From: Candidatus Odyssella sp.
GTDB lineage: Bacteria > Pseudomonadota > Alphaproteobacteria > Paracaedibacterales > CAITNM01
Assembly (NCBI GenBank): GCA_020726185.1
Contig: DYTB01000001.1
Coordinates: 66,526 to 130,525, forward strand
Length of the DNA: 64,000 nt
Direction of reading: 5' to 3'
A program made the position numbers and the translations under genes. The notes beneath the pieces are model-generated. The model saw only the letters and a program-made list of their open reading frames with translations. It was not told where the DNA came from and did no database searches. Positions within the stretch are counted from its first letter, which is position 1; each line of letters starts with the position of its first letter. Below are positions 1-8,577 of the stretch, in pieces.

Positions 1-897
1 TTGAGCTTTGATTGGTTGCGTTACATCCATAGCGCAGATAGTATCTGCTACAGTGCTTTTTTCAAGGCCAGCAATAGCAATAATATCACCAGCTTGTGCT
101 TCATCAACAGCTATACGTTCAAGGCCACGGAAACTCAAAAGTTTCGCAATGCGTCCCTGCTCAACTTGTTCTCCACTTTGACCTAATACTCGAATAGGAG
201 TGTTTACTTTAATACTTCCCGTTTCAACACGGCCCGTTAAAATGCGTCCCAAATAAGGATCGTATTCTAGCGTTGTTACCAGCATTGAAAATGGTCCTTC
301 TGCTTTTTGCTTAGGTGCAGGAACATGCTTTGTAATAACTTCAAACATAGGAATTAACGTTTCTTGTGGCTCTCCTAGTTCATGTACTGCCCAGCCATTT
401 CTGCCCGATGCATACAAAATTGGAAAGTCTAATTGTTCGTCAGATGCGTCCATAGCAACGAACAAATCAAAAATTTCGTTAAGAACTTCTTCCGGGCGAG
501 CGTCTTGTCTGTCAATTTTGTTAATGACAACAATTGGACGCAAACCTAATTTTAGAGCTTTACCAAGCACGAATTTTGTTTGTGGAAGTGGGCCTTCAGC
601 AGCGTCTACCAGAATCACAACCCCGTCAACCATGCTTAAAATACGTTCAACTTCACCACCAAAGTCAGCGTGACCTGGCGTGTCGACAATATTAATACGA
701 TAATCATTCCAGTTTAAGGATGTGCATTTTGCCAAAATTGTAATGCCGCGTTCGCGTTCAAGATCATTACTATCCATGGCGCGTTCTGCCACATGTTGAT
801 TTGTACGAAATGTTCCACTTTGTTTTAACAGATTATCAACTAGGGTTGTTTTCCCATGGTCAACGTGAGCAATAATAGCAATGTTACGAAGTTGCAT
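1..897 (-). CDS. typA: Translational GTPase TypA/BipA, N-terminal 299 codons; the C-terminus lies beyond the window edge
   Basis: Reverse-strand translation from the ATG at 897-895 reads MQLRNIAIIAHVDHGKTTLVDNLLKQSGTFRTNQHVAER, followed by DTPGHADFGGEVER and NKIDR GTPase motifs. The frame stays open to position 1. It is absent from the ORF track because it has no stop codon in the window. Confidence 0.9.
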   Translation of the reverse strand, partial: MQLRNIAIIAHVDHGKTTLVDNLLKQSGTFRTNQHVAERAMDSNDLERERGITILAKCTSLNWNDYRINIVDTPGHADFGGEVERILSMVDGVVILVDAAEGPLPQTKFVLGKALKLGLRPIVVINKIDRQDARPEEVLNEIFDLFVAMDASDEQLDFPILYASGRNGWAVHELGEPQETLIPMFEVITKHVPAPKQKAEGPFSMLVTTLEYDPYLGRILTGRVETGSIKVNTPIRVLGQSGEQVEQGRIAKLLSFRGLERIAVDEAQAGDIIAIAGLEKSTVADTICAMDVTQPIKAQ

Positions 898-1257
898 TTT
901 TTCTTTTTTCTATTTGTTTCAAAGTCGAATTATATATTGTTTAGAAGAAAAAAACAAAGAAAAACTAGCGAGTTATCGAATTGGAATATTTTATTGAGAA
1001 GGTTCGTTTATACCAGATATATCAGAATACGTTTTGCCTTATTTGGTGTAGAAAATTATTTAAGACTATTTTTTGATTTATGAGTCAAGCAGATATGCAA
1101 AGATTCTTATTTTCCCCAAGGTTTTACTGGTGAAGCTGATATTTGCAAAAAACACATTAAATTAATTAACTATTATTTAATTTTTTATAAATAAATAATT
1201 AATTAATTCTATTATGAGATACATAATTGTATTAATCCTTTTTATTTGGTAATTATT

Positions 1258-1743
1258 ATGAAATTTTCACTTTTAGTTTTTTTTACCATTGCATATGGAG
1301 CAGAAGCCAGTCGAGCTGGTGATTTAGAGCTAGGAGGGGCGGCAACCCCATTACTAGCAGGAGCATCGGCTACTGTGCAGCGCACGCATCGCCTTCTTGA
1401 AGCTGATTACGAACGTAATGTTGGAGATTTAATTCAATCTCGTTGGTTTTTTAGAAAAGCTGCTAACTATTCTGAAGGCTTTGGTAATACTCTTTTGTAT
1501 ATTGGGTCAGGAGCTGCATCAGTTGCTGCTGGCATAAAGCTTATTGGGTCAGAAGATCTTTCCAATATATTTCTCTTCGCAAGTACGGCATGCTTTGCTG
1601 CACATATAGCACTTATAGGGATTGCTAAATGTAGTGCTCGTGAGGAAGGAGAACGTGAAAATCAGCTATCAACTTTGGCTCAACAAGTGGGGTTTAGTAT
1701 TGTGCCTCTTCCTCCTCAAATAACTGAAGTTAGCACACATTGA
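1258..1743 (+). CDS. Hypothetical secreted/membrane protein, paralog 1 of a tandem pair
   Basis: ATG at 1258 (the ORF-track start at 1246 is TTG). It has a signal-like N-terminus, MKFSLLVFFTIAYGAEA. The C-terminal ~105 aa is about two-thirds identical by eye to the next ORF (RWFFRK, STACFAAHI, IGIAKCSAREE, ERENQL). Two hydrophobic helices are separated by a short loop. Confidence 0.6.
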   Translation: MKFSLLVFFTIAYGAEASRAGDLELGGAATPLLAGASATVQRTHRLLEADYERNVGDLIQSRWFFRKAANYSEGFGNTLLYIGSGAASVAAGIKLIGSEDLSNIFLFASTACFAAHIALIGIAKCSAREEGERENQLSTLAQQVGFSIVPLPPQITEVSTH

Positions 1744-1871
1744 ATACCGTTGGATTATTGTATCGTGATAACCAATTCATATTTGGTAAATAAAAATTTA
1801 AGCATTCTTAATAAATATTTAATTTCAATATGCAAATATATAATTATCGTTAATTAACATTTGGTTATCAT

Positions 1872-2498
1872 ATGAAAGCAAAAATTATTCTTTTACTGCT
1901 GCTTACAACCATTTTCAATTGTGCTATTGGGGCAGGTGCTACTGAAGGTGTTTTGTTGGGAGTTGACGATGATATAGAGGCGGCAATAGGCAGGCCACGT
2001 GCACCATCAAGTCTTAATACTGAGGGAGCAGATACAATTAGATCTAATGATTCTGGTGTAATAGCTTACAGAACTGGAATACGAGAACAGGTAGTAACAG
2101 ACGTTCACAATTTACTTAGTGCTGATTATGGAAGAAATGTGAGCGATATTATTAATATGCGTTGGTTTTTTCGAAAGGTAGCTAATTGCAGTGAGGCCAT
2201 AGGAAATGTACTTTTGTATGTTGGATCAGGCGCGTCAGCAATGGCTTCAGGTGTGAAACTTGTTGAGGGTTCAGGTAACCTTATGAATATTCTTTTGTTC
2301 GGAAGCACTGCATGTTTTGCTGCCCATATAACTTTTATAGGCATCGCAAAATGTAGTGCTAGGGAAGAAGAAGAAAGAGAAAATCATCTTGCAAACTTAG
2401 CTCATGAGGTGAATTTTACAGTCGTTCCATTGGTTCCAACTGTAAACGACGATGGTCCAGTAGCAAGAAATTTTCTTCCCGATGATCAACGTAACTGA
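1872..2498 (+). CDS. Hypothetical secreted/membrane protein, paralog 2 of a tandem pair
   Basis: It has a signal-like N-terminus, MKAKIILLLLLTTIFNCAIGAGA, and the same conserved C-terminal module as 1258-1743. Its N-terminal region is longer and unrelated. Its 3-prime end overlaps the pheT stop convergently by 13 nt. Confidence 0.6.
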   Translation: MKAKIILLLLLTTIFNCAIGAGATEGVLLGVDDDIEAAIGRPRAPSSLNTEGADTIRSNDSGVIAYRTGIREQVVTDVHNLLSADYGRNVSDIINMRWFFRKVANCSEAIGNVLLYVGSGASAMASGVKLVEGSGNLMNILLFGSTACFAAHITFIGIAKCSAREEEERENHLANLAHEVNFTVVPLVPTVNDDGPVARNFLPDDQRN

Positions 2499-4819
2499 GC
2501 CCCAATCTTGATTGCAGTTTGAACGATAGATTCATGAATTTGGGTGAGGGATTCTTCATCCAAAGTTTTTTGTGTTGGTTGCAGTGTTACAGAGACCGCT
2601 AGAGATTTTTTACCTTGTTCCACATGTTGGCCCTGATAATAATCAAAAACATCAACTTGAACGATAAGATCGTGAGCTTTTTCAACGGCTTTAACAAGTT
2701 TTTGAGCTGGAATTGATGCATCCAGCACAAATGCAAAATCACGACGAACAGGCATAAGGTCCGTCAACGTTGCTTGAATTTTTTTTGTTTTTACAGCGTG
2801 CATAGAATCAAGAAAAATTTCAAACCCAACACAGTTTAAACCTTCAGTAATTTGAGGGTGTAATTCACCAAAGTAAGCAAGAACACGGTTACCTTGTTTA
2901 AACGAACCCTTACGTCCGGGGTGATAATAAGAGGGAGCATCATCACTTAGTTGAGCGGATGATTCTGATATTCCTAATGTTTTTAGTATGCTTAAAGTAT
3001 CAGCTTTTGCATCGAAGACATCAGCACTTCTTATAGGGGACAACCAGTGACGATCGTGAATATCGCCAAAGCGTAGTCCTGTAATGCACATGGCTTGTTT
3101 ATTTGGAAAATTTTCTCCGTAGACCGAACCTACTTCAAAAATAGCGCCATTTGGGCGTGCATTTGATGTGTTCGATTTTGCCACTTTCATCAATAAAGCT
3201 AATGCAGAAGGTCGCATGGTAGACAAATCTTCGCTGATAGGATTCGCTAGAAGTACTAAATTTTCAGGTGCATCTGTAAATTGTTTTGCTGTTCTATTGT
3301 CAGTGAAAGACCAGTTGATGGTTTCTAAAAATCCACGATTGCTTAAATGCTTACGAGCAATTTCTTCACGAGAAATAATATTTTGCACAGGCTTTAAAGG
3401 CAGCGATTGCGCAATGATTTCACTATATCCTTTTAGTCGAGCAATTTCTTCAATAAGATCTTCAGGAATTGTTAAGTCATGGCGCCAAGTAGGTGGAGTA
3501 ACTTTTAATGTTGAGCCTTGTTCAACTGTGCATCCAAGACATTCTAACATTGCAGCTATTTCATTTGCATCCACTGCTAATCCAAGTCGTTGCTTCACTT
3601 GGCTTGGAGTTAAATCTATGGTTATAGAATTCGTTGAGCATAGCCCCGCTTGCGAAGGTGCAGCAGGTGTTCCGCCGCAATGTTCCACAATCATTGCCGT
3701 TGCCATATCAAGGCAAGGTGAAATTAATGCCGCATCGACTCCGCGTTCAAAACGCTGCCGCGAATCTGATGATAGGTTTAGATATTGGCCTGTTTTTGCA
3801 ATAGAAATGGGGTCAAAACAAGCTAATTCAAGCAATACATTTGTAGTGTTTTCATCAACCGCGGTTTCGCGCCCACCCATAATACCAGCAAGGGAGATCA
3901 CGCCACTATCATCGGCAATAACAATCATATCTTCTGTCAAAGTGTAATCTTGGTCATTAAGGGCTTTAAGGATTTCCCCTTGCTTCGCTTGGCGAACGAC
4001 TAAATTTCCTTTGATTTTATCAGCATCGAATACGTGCATTGGGCGGCCTAGCCCTAAGCAAAAGTAGTTTGTAATATCAACTAATGCACTAATAGATTTT
4101 TGTCCAGCGCTTGTTAATAAATCTTGCAACCAAGCAGGAGAGGCGGCATTTTTAACCCCACCAATACGGCAAAGACCAAACTGAAAACATAAAGAGGTGG
4201 CAAGAGAAACAGCTGGTGTTTCACCCTGCCTTGCTATTGTTGGCAAATTTAGCGATTTTAAAATTCCAAAACCAGCAGCACTTAAATCACGAGCAATGCC
4301 GTATACGCCAAAACAATCGCCACGATTTGGTGTGATTGAAACATCATAAACTGCGTCGCAAGTTAGTATGTCTGTTAGTGGGGTGCCTGGTTTATAATCA
4401 AGACCCAAATCCATAATGCCATCTGAATCTTCACCTAATAATAATTCTTTTGATGAACAAAGCATGCCGCAACTTTCTACGTCGCGAATGGTTCCTTTTT
4501 TAAGTGCTTCACCAGTTATGGGAATGACTGTGCCAACTGATGCAAAGGCAACGCCCATGTTTGCTTTTACGTTTGGTGCCCCGCAAACAACTTGAATAAG
4601 TTGACCTGTTCCCGCATCAACTTTACATAAAGATAGTCGGTCAGCATTTGGGTGCTTTTCGCGTTCAACAACGCGCGCATAAACAAAACCTTTTAAGCCA
4701 GCGCTTGGATCATCAACAGATTCAACTTCAAGCCCAAGTTCAACAAGTTTTGTCGCAATATCATCAGGTGTTGCATCTATTTCTAAATATTTTTTTAGCC
4801 ATTGATTTGAAAATTTCAT
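2486..4819 (-). CDS. pheT: Phenylalanine--tRNA ligase beta subunit
   Basis: This is a 777-aa ORF. The N-terminal tRNA-binding domain reads MKFSNQWLKKYL...HPNADRL. B3/4 and B5 regions follow, and it overlaps pheS by 4 nt in the canonical pheST order. Confidence 0.93.
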   Translation of the reverse strand: MKFSNQWLKKYLEIDATPDDIATKLVELGLEVESVDDPSAGLKGFVYARVVEREKHPNADRLSLCKVDAGTGQLIQVVCGAPNVKANMGVAFASVGTVIPITGEALKKGTIRDVESCGMLCSSKELLLGEDSDGIMDLGLDYKPGTPLTDILTCDAVYDVSITPNRGDCFGVYGIARDLSAAGFGILKSLNLPTIARQGETPAVSLATSLCFQFGLCRIGGVKNAASPAWLQDLLTSAGQKSISALVDITNYFCLGLGRPMHVFDADKIKGNLVVRQAKQGEILKALNDQDYTLTEDMIVIADDSGVISLAGIMGGRETAVDENTTNVLLELACFDPISIAKTGQYLNLSSDSRQRFERGVDAALISPCLDMATAMIVEHCGGTPAAPSQAGLCSTNSITIDLTPSQVKQRLGLAVDANEIAAMLECLGCTVEQGSTLKVTPPTWRHDLTIPEDLIEEIARLKGYSEIIAQSLPLKPVQNIISREEIARKHLSNRGFLETINWSFTDNRTAKQFTDAPENLVLLANPISEDLSTMRPSALALLMKVAKSNTSNARPNGAIFEVGSVYGENFPNKQAMCITGLRFGDIHDRHWLSPIRSADVFDAKADTLSILKTLGISESSAQLSDDAPSYYHPGRKGSFKQGNRVLAYFGELHPQITEGLNCVGFEIFLDSMHAVKTKKIQATLTDLMPVRRDFAFVLDASIPAQKLVKAVEKAHDLIVQVDVFDYYQGQHVEQGKKSLAVSVTLQPTQKTLDEESLTQIHESIVQTAIKIGAQLR

Positions 4820-5805
4820 GACTGTGCTCCAAATCCATAAAGATCAAGCCAACGGGTGTCACCGTCGTAAAAAGATCTAATATCATCAATACCGTATTTC
4901 AACATCGTTAATCGTTCTATGCCCATACCGAAGGCAAAGCCCTGAAATTGGTCAGGATCAATATCGCAATTTCTTAAAACTTCTGGATGCATCATTCCAC
5001 AACCTCCCATTTCTAGCCACTTACCATTCTTCCATAAGATGTCCACCTCAGCGGAAGGTTCAGTGAAGGGAAAGAAACTTGGGCGAAACCGCAGATTCAT
5101 GTTGGGATTTTCAAAAAACCAGCTAAAAAAATCTATTAATGTGCCTTTTAAATGACTAAAATTAATGCCTTCTTCAATAACTACGCCTTCAAGTTGATGA
5201 AACATTGGCGTGTGTGTTGCGTCTAAATCATCACTGCGAAAAACTCTACCAGGAGCCAAAAAACGAATTGGCGGCTTGTGATTACGCAATGTACGGATTT
5301 GTACTGGTGATGTTTGAGTGCGCAAAATATCATTTAAGCCACTTACATAAAATGTGTCTTGGCTTTGACGGGCGGGGTGATGTGCAGGAATGTTTAAAGC
5401 ATCAAAATTCAGTTCTTGCGTTTCAACATGTGGCCCATCAAAAACTTGAAACCCAAGTTGAGAAAAATATTGAGTAATGTCTTGAGTGGCTTTTGAAATG
5501 GGATGAATTTTTCCAGTGGATTCTGGCCTTGATGGCAACGTAATATCAATTTTTTCATTGGCTAAACGCAGGTCAAGTGCTTGCGCTTCAAGGATGATTT
5601 TTTTTTCTTCAATGGCTAATGCAATTTGGTCCTTCAGCGCATTAATTTCTGCACCTTTAGCTTTACGTTCTTCCGGAGCTAAAGCGCCTAGAGTTTTAAG
5701 CTGTTGAGTAACTAAGCCACTTTTACCTAAGAGATTAACTCTTAAATCGTCAAGAGTTGTTAAATTTTGTGATGCTTGTATTTGTTGCAGCCATTGCTCT
5801 TGCAT
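4816..5805 (-). CDS. pheS: Phenylalanine--tRNA ligase alpha subunit
   Basis: Class II aaRS motifs are present (HPARQSQDTFY, FRPSFFPFTEPSAEVD, GMGIERL). The start is set at the internal ATG (MQEQW) at 5805, which avoids overlapping holC. The ORF-track start at 5832 remains possible. Confidence 0.9.
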   Translation of the reverse strand: MQEQWLQQIQASQNLTTLDDLRVNLLGKSGLVTQQLKTLGALAPEERKAKGAEINALKDQIALAIEEKKIILEAQALDLRLANEKIDITLPSRPESTGKIHPISKATQDITQYFSQLGFQVFDGPHVETQELNFDALNIPAHHPARQSQDTFYVSGLNDILRTQTSPVQIRTLRNHKPPIRFLAPGRVFRSDDLDATHTPMFHQLEGVVIEEGINFSHLKGTLIDFFSWFFENPNMNLRFRPSFFPFTEPSAEVDILWKNGKWLEMGGCGMMHPEVLRNCDIDPDQFQGFAFGMGIERLTMLKYGIDDIRSFYDGDTRWLDLYGFGAQS

Positions 5806-5809
5806 AATC

Positions 5810-6259
5810 TTATATTCCTTTTTCCCAAGCACCCTTTAGGGTCTGCTTCCATAGTACAATTTCATTGCCTGATTCTTGATATTTTTCCATTCGTTCTTTT
5901 GCGCTTTGAACGCTTGGTAAATCATTTCCATCATAAATATCTAAGATGCGTTCATAAGATTTATCTGTAGCATATTCTTGAGTAGTGATCACTAAAACTG
6001 TTGCATTAATGGGGTTATCACTACTAGTGGTTAGCCAAATGGGTTGGTGCACATGAAACTGTGCTGGGTCAGCATTTGAACCGTGGGGTAAAAACCCAAG
6101 AGTGGTATAAGTCCACATAGCGCTATCAATTGATTTCAAACGCTCTGAACTTTCTATACGAATAACGGCCTTAAGCCCGCCTTCGTAAACCTTCTCAAGA
6201 ATTTTAGGTAAGGTCTTTTCTAAGGAAGTAACCATAAGTTCATAAAAAGTTACTTGCAC
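5810..6259 (-). CDS. holC: DNA polymerase III chi subunit
   Basis: The 149-aa ORF reads MQVTFYEL...LPKILEKVYEGGLKAVI...LDSAMWTY...FLPHG, which matches the HolC pattern (FY, LW, FLPH). Confidence 0.75.
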   Translation of the reverse strand: MQVTFYELMVTSLEKTLPKILEKVYEGGLKAVIRIESSERLKSIDSAMWTYTTLGFLPHGSNADPAQFHVHQPIWLTTSSDNPINATVLVITTQEYATDKSYERILDIYDGNDLPSVQSAKERMEKYQESGNEIVLWKQTLKGAWEKGI

Positions 6260-6269
6260 TACTTATGCC

Positions 6270-6506
6270 TCATGACGCTAACAGAACTTCTACGGTATTA
6301 TTGCTAACTTGGGCAATGCCATTTTGAACGGTGAATGTTTCGGTGCTGTTAGCTAATTTTACTTGGATTTCTCCTTCGCTTAAGACAACTGACATAGAAG
6401 CATGATGAGGGCGTATACCCACCTTTCCATAAAGTCCTGGCAAGTTGATTTCAAGCGCGGCATCTGTGAATAAAACTTTATCAATGGTGCGTATGGTTAC
6501 GTTCAT
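6270..6506 (-). CDS. ATP synthase epsilon-subunit-like protein consisting of the beta-sandwich domain only (78 aa)
   Basis: The sequence LFTDAALEINLPGLYGKVGIRPHHASMSVVLSEGEIQV...VQNGIAQVSNNTVEVLLA matches the N-terminal domain pattern of AtpC (PG..G..GI.P.H.P....L..G). There is no C-terminal helical hairpin. It overlaps the upstream HIT gene by 4 nt. Confidence 0.55.
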   Translation of the reverse strand: MNVTIRTIDKVLFTDAALEINLPGLYGKVGIRPHHASMSVVLSEGEIQVKLANSTETFTVQNGIAQVSNNTVEVLLAS

Positions 6507-6862
6507 AACATAACAATCTTTGGGCCAAGATCTTGACCACCTAAAATGTGAATATGAAAATGTGGAACATCTTGACGACCATCTGTGCCGGTATTTGTAA
6601 TAAGGCGATATCCGTTTTGTGCTATGTTTAATGCATCAATGGTTGTATTTACGCCCTTCCAAAAACCAACAATTTCGTCAGTGGATGCGCGTGATGTAAA
6701 ATCATGAGCATTTTTATAATGCCCCGTTGGTATGACTAATGCATGTAGTGCTGCTTTTGGAGCAATGTCATGAAAGCTTAAGAAGTATTGATCTTCTGCT
6801 ATTTTTTTGCAGGGAATTTCGCTGCGAAGAATTTTTGCAAAAATGTTATCTTGATCGTACAT
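6503..6862 (-). CDS. HIT-family (histidine triad) nucleotide hydrolase
   Basis: The 119-aa ORF has the histidine triad HFHIHILGG near the C-terminus and a HinT-like N-terminus, IFAKILRSEIPCKKI. Confidence 0.88.
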   Translation of the reverse strand: MYDQDNIFAKILRSEIPCKKIAEDQYFLSFHDIAPKAALHALVIPTGHYKNAHDFTSRASTDEIVGFWKGVNTTIDALNIAQNGYRLITNTGTDGRQDVPHFHIHILGGQDLGPKIVML

Positions 6863-6968
6863 TAGCCACCTTATCCTTAACAGCTAAGCTAGCATTGTCT
6901 GGCAGTTGAGACAATATCCTAGCTTCGTTGAACGTGCTAGAATTCTGCTATCCACAATTCACTGAATT

Positions 6969-7466
6969 ATGATTATGCAAAAAACAACAACGACGCTACC
7001 AGAAATAAAATTAGTTGGAATTACAACCAGAACGAGTCTGGCATCAGAAATGAATTTAGCAACGGCTAAAATTGGTGTTACGGTTCAAAAATATTTTCAT
7101 GGCGGCTTATCTGAAAAAATTAATACCCGCAAAAAAGCGGGCGTTACCTATTGCGTATATACAGATTATGAAAGTGATTTTACAGGGGATTATACATACT
7201 TCATTGGTGAGGAAGTTGATTCACTTGATGGTTTGCCGGAAGGTTTTGAAAAACTTGTTATACAAACTCAAAATTATGCGAAGTTTACAACGGAGTCTGG
7301 TCCTATGCCTGCAGTGTGTATTGGAGCTTGGCAAAAAATATGGACGATGACATCAGCTGAATTTGGTAATGAGCGTGCGTACATTGCTGATTTTGAAGTC
7401 TATGATGAGCGTGCGCTTGATCACCAAAATGTTATTTTGGATATTTATGTTGGGTTGCGTGCGTGA
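6969..7466 (+). CDS. GyrI-like small-molecule-binding domain protein (AraC effector-binding-domain family)
   Basis: The 165-aa ORF has a GyrI-like pattern (IKLVGITTRTS...YCVYTDYESDFTGDYTYFIG...FEVYDER). It is the first gene of a tightly packed plus-strand operon. Confidence 0.6.
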   Translation: MIMQKTTTTLPEIKLVGITTRTSLASEMNLATAKIGVTVQKYFHGGLSEKINTRKKAGVTYCVYTDYESDFTGDYTYFIGEEVDSLDGLPEGFEKLVIQTQNYAKFTTESGPMPAVCIGAWQKIWTMTSAEFGNERAYIADFEVYDERALDHQNVILDIYVGLRA

Positions 7467-8299
7467 ACATTGAAACGATAGAAAAAAATGCCTTCGGTCA
7501 TTTTGCCTATTTGCCAAAAATGCTTGGTTTTGATGTTAAGGAGAACAAGCAGTTGACCACGATTGATTGCGGCTTGGGTTCTTCAATGTTTAATATTGTG
7601 TGTGGTACGCACTTGGAAAAATGGGCAAAAAATCAACGAGATGTCTACTGCTTTGAAAATAGAATTTATCAAGGTGAATGCGCTTACTATGGTGAAGAAT
7701 TCATTGAGGAAAAAATTCATGAAGTTATAACCAGTTTTAAAAAACAGCCATTTTCTTGGTGGGTTGGTTATTCATGTGATCCTGAATGGTTGGGTAATAT
7801 TTTGCATGAAATGCATTTTAAAAAATCAACCACAGAGCACGCTATGATGTGTGATCTTGAACAATTTGGTGCTCTTGAAAATAATGGGGCAATTACTATT
7901 GATCAAGTTGAAACGGCAACACAGCTGGAGCATTTTATTCAAGTGTTGGAAAAGTATGATGCATCAGCACGAATTTTTTACGAGAAGTTAACCAAGCATT
8001 TGAGGTATTCAAATGAAAAATTGTTTGTTGCTTATGAAAATGGTGCACCTGTTGTTATTGCTAGTTTGTATATTGATTATGAAAGTGATAGCGCAGGAAT
8101 TTTTAATTTGATAACAGCCGAAAATAAAAGAGGGCTTGGGTACGGCACAAAAATGATGAATCATTTGATGTGGCATGCAAAAAAAATGAATATGAAATAC
8201 GTAACGCTTTTGGCTTCTAGTGATTCGGGATATCGAATTTATGAGCGTCTTGGTTTTAAAGCGCTAGGGCAATTTGAGTGCTATGAATGGGAAAATTGA
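7463..8299 (+). CDS. GNAT-family N-acetyltransferase
   Basis: The C-terminal acetyl-CoA-binding motif reads NKRGLGYGTKMMNHLMWHAKKMNMKYVTLLASSDSGYRIYERLGF. The GTGA start overlaps the upstream stop. Confidence 0.75.
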   Translation: MNIETIEKNAFGHFAYLPKMLGFDVKENKQLTTIDCGLGSSMFNIVCGTHLEKWAKNQRDVYCFENRIYQGECAYYGEEFIEEKIHEVITSFKKQPFSWWVGYSCDPEWLGNILHEMHFKKSTTEHAMMCDLEQFGALENNGAITIDQVETATQLEHFIQVLEKYDASARIFYEKLTKHLRYSNEKLFVAYENGAPVVIASLYIDYESDSAGIFNLITAENKRGLGYGTKMMNHLMWHAKKMNMKYVTLLASSDSGYRIYERLGFKALGQFECYEWEN

Positions 8300-8577
8300 A
8301 AGGAATTTCTATGACAGTTATGAGCACGCGACATGTTTACCCCTTAAGCTACAGTGGAAGCTTAATTTTATTAATAGTATTCGCTATTTGTTGGCCGCCC
8401 CTCGGTGTGTTCTTATTTATAAAAAATGTCAGATTCCACAAAGATGATTCTGCATTTTACCTGCGTTACCGTGGTTCATGGTTTTGGGCAATCCTTTGGG
8501 TCATTTTGTTCTTCCCAATAGCGGTTATTATCATGGCAATCCGCGGAGCAGATGTTGTTGAAGAAATAAAGCACTAA
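8287..8577 (+). CDS. Small membrane protein, unknown function
   Basis: The 96-aa ORF has two clear hydrophobic helices (LILLIVFAICWPPLGVFLFI and FWAILWVILFFPIAVIIMAI). It is wedged without gaps between the GNAT and ABC genes. The exact start is uncertain. Confidence 0.45.
   Translation: MGKLKGISMTVMSTRHVYPLSYSGSLILLIVFAICWPPLGVFLFIKNVRFHKDDSAFYLRYRGSWFWAILWVILFFPIAVIIMAIRGADVVEEIKH

Noticed and set aside
3168-3947. A long plus-strand ORF (259 aa) and many similar ORFs antisense to strong genes, for example 10281-10853, 12202-12534, 12703-12951, 16105-16332, 45418-45774, 46480-46858, 48311-48622 and 57319-57615.
   Set aside because: They lie entirely inside well-supported genes on the opposite strand and have low-complexity or implausible composition with no motifs. 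They are shadow ORFs typical of long coding regions.
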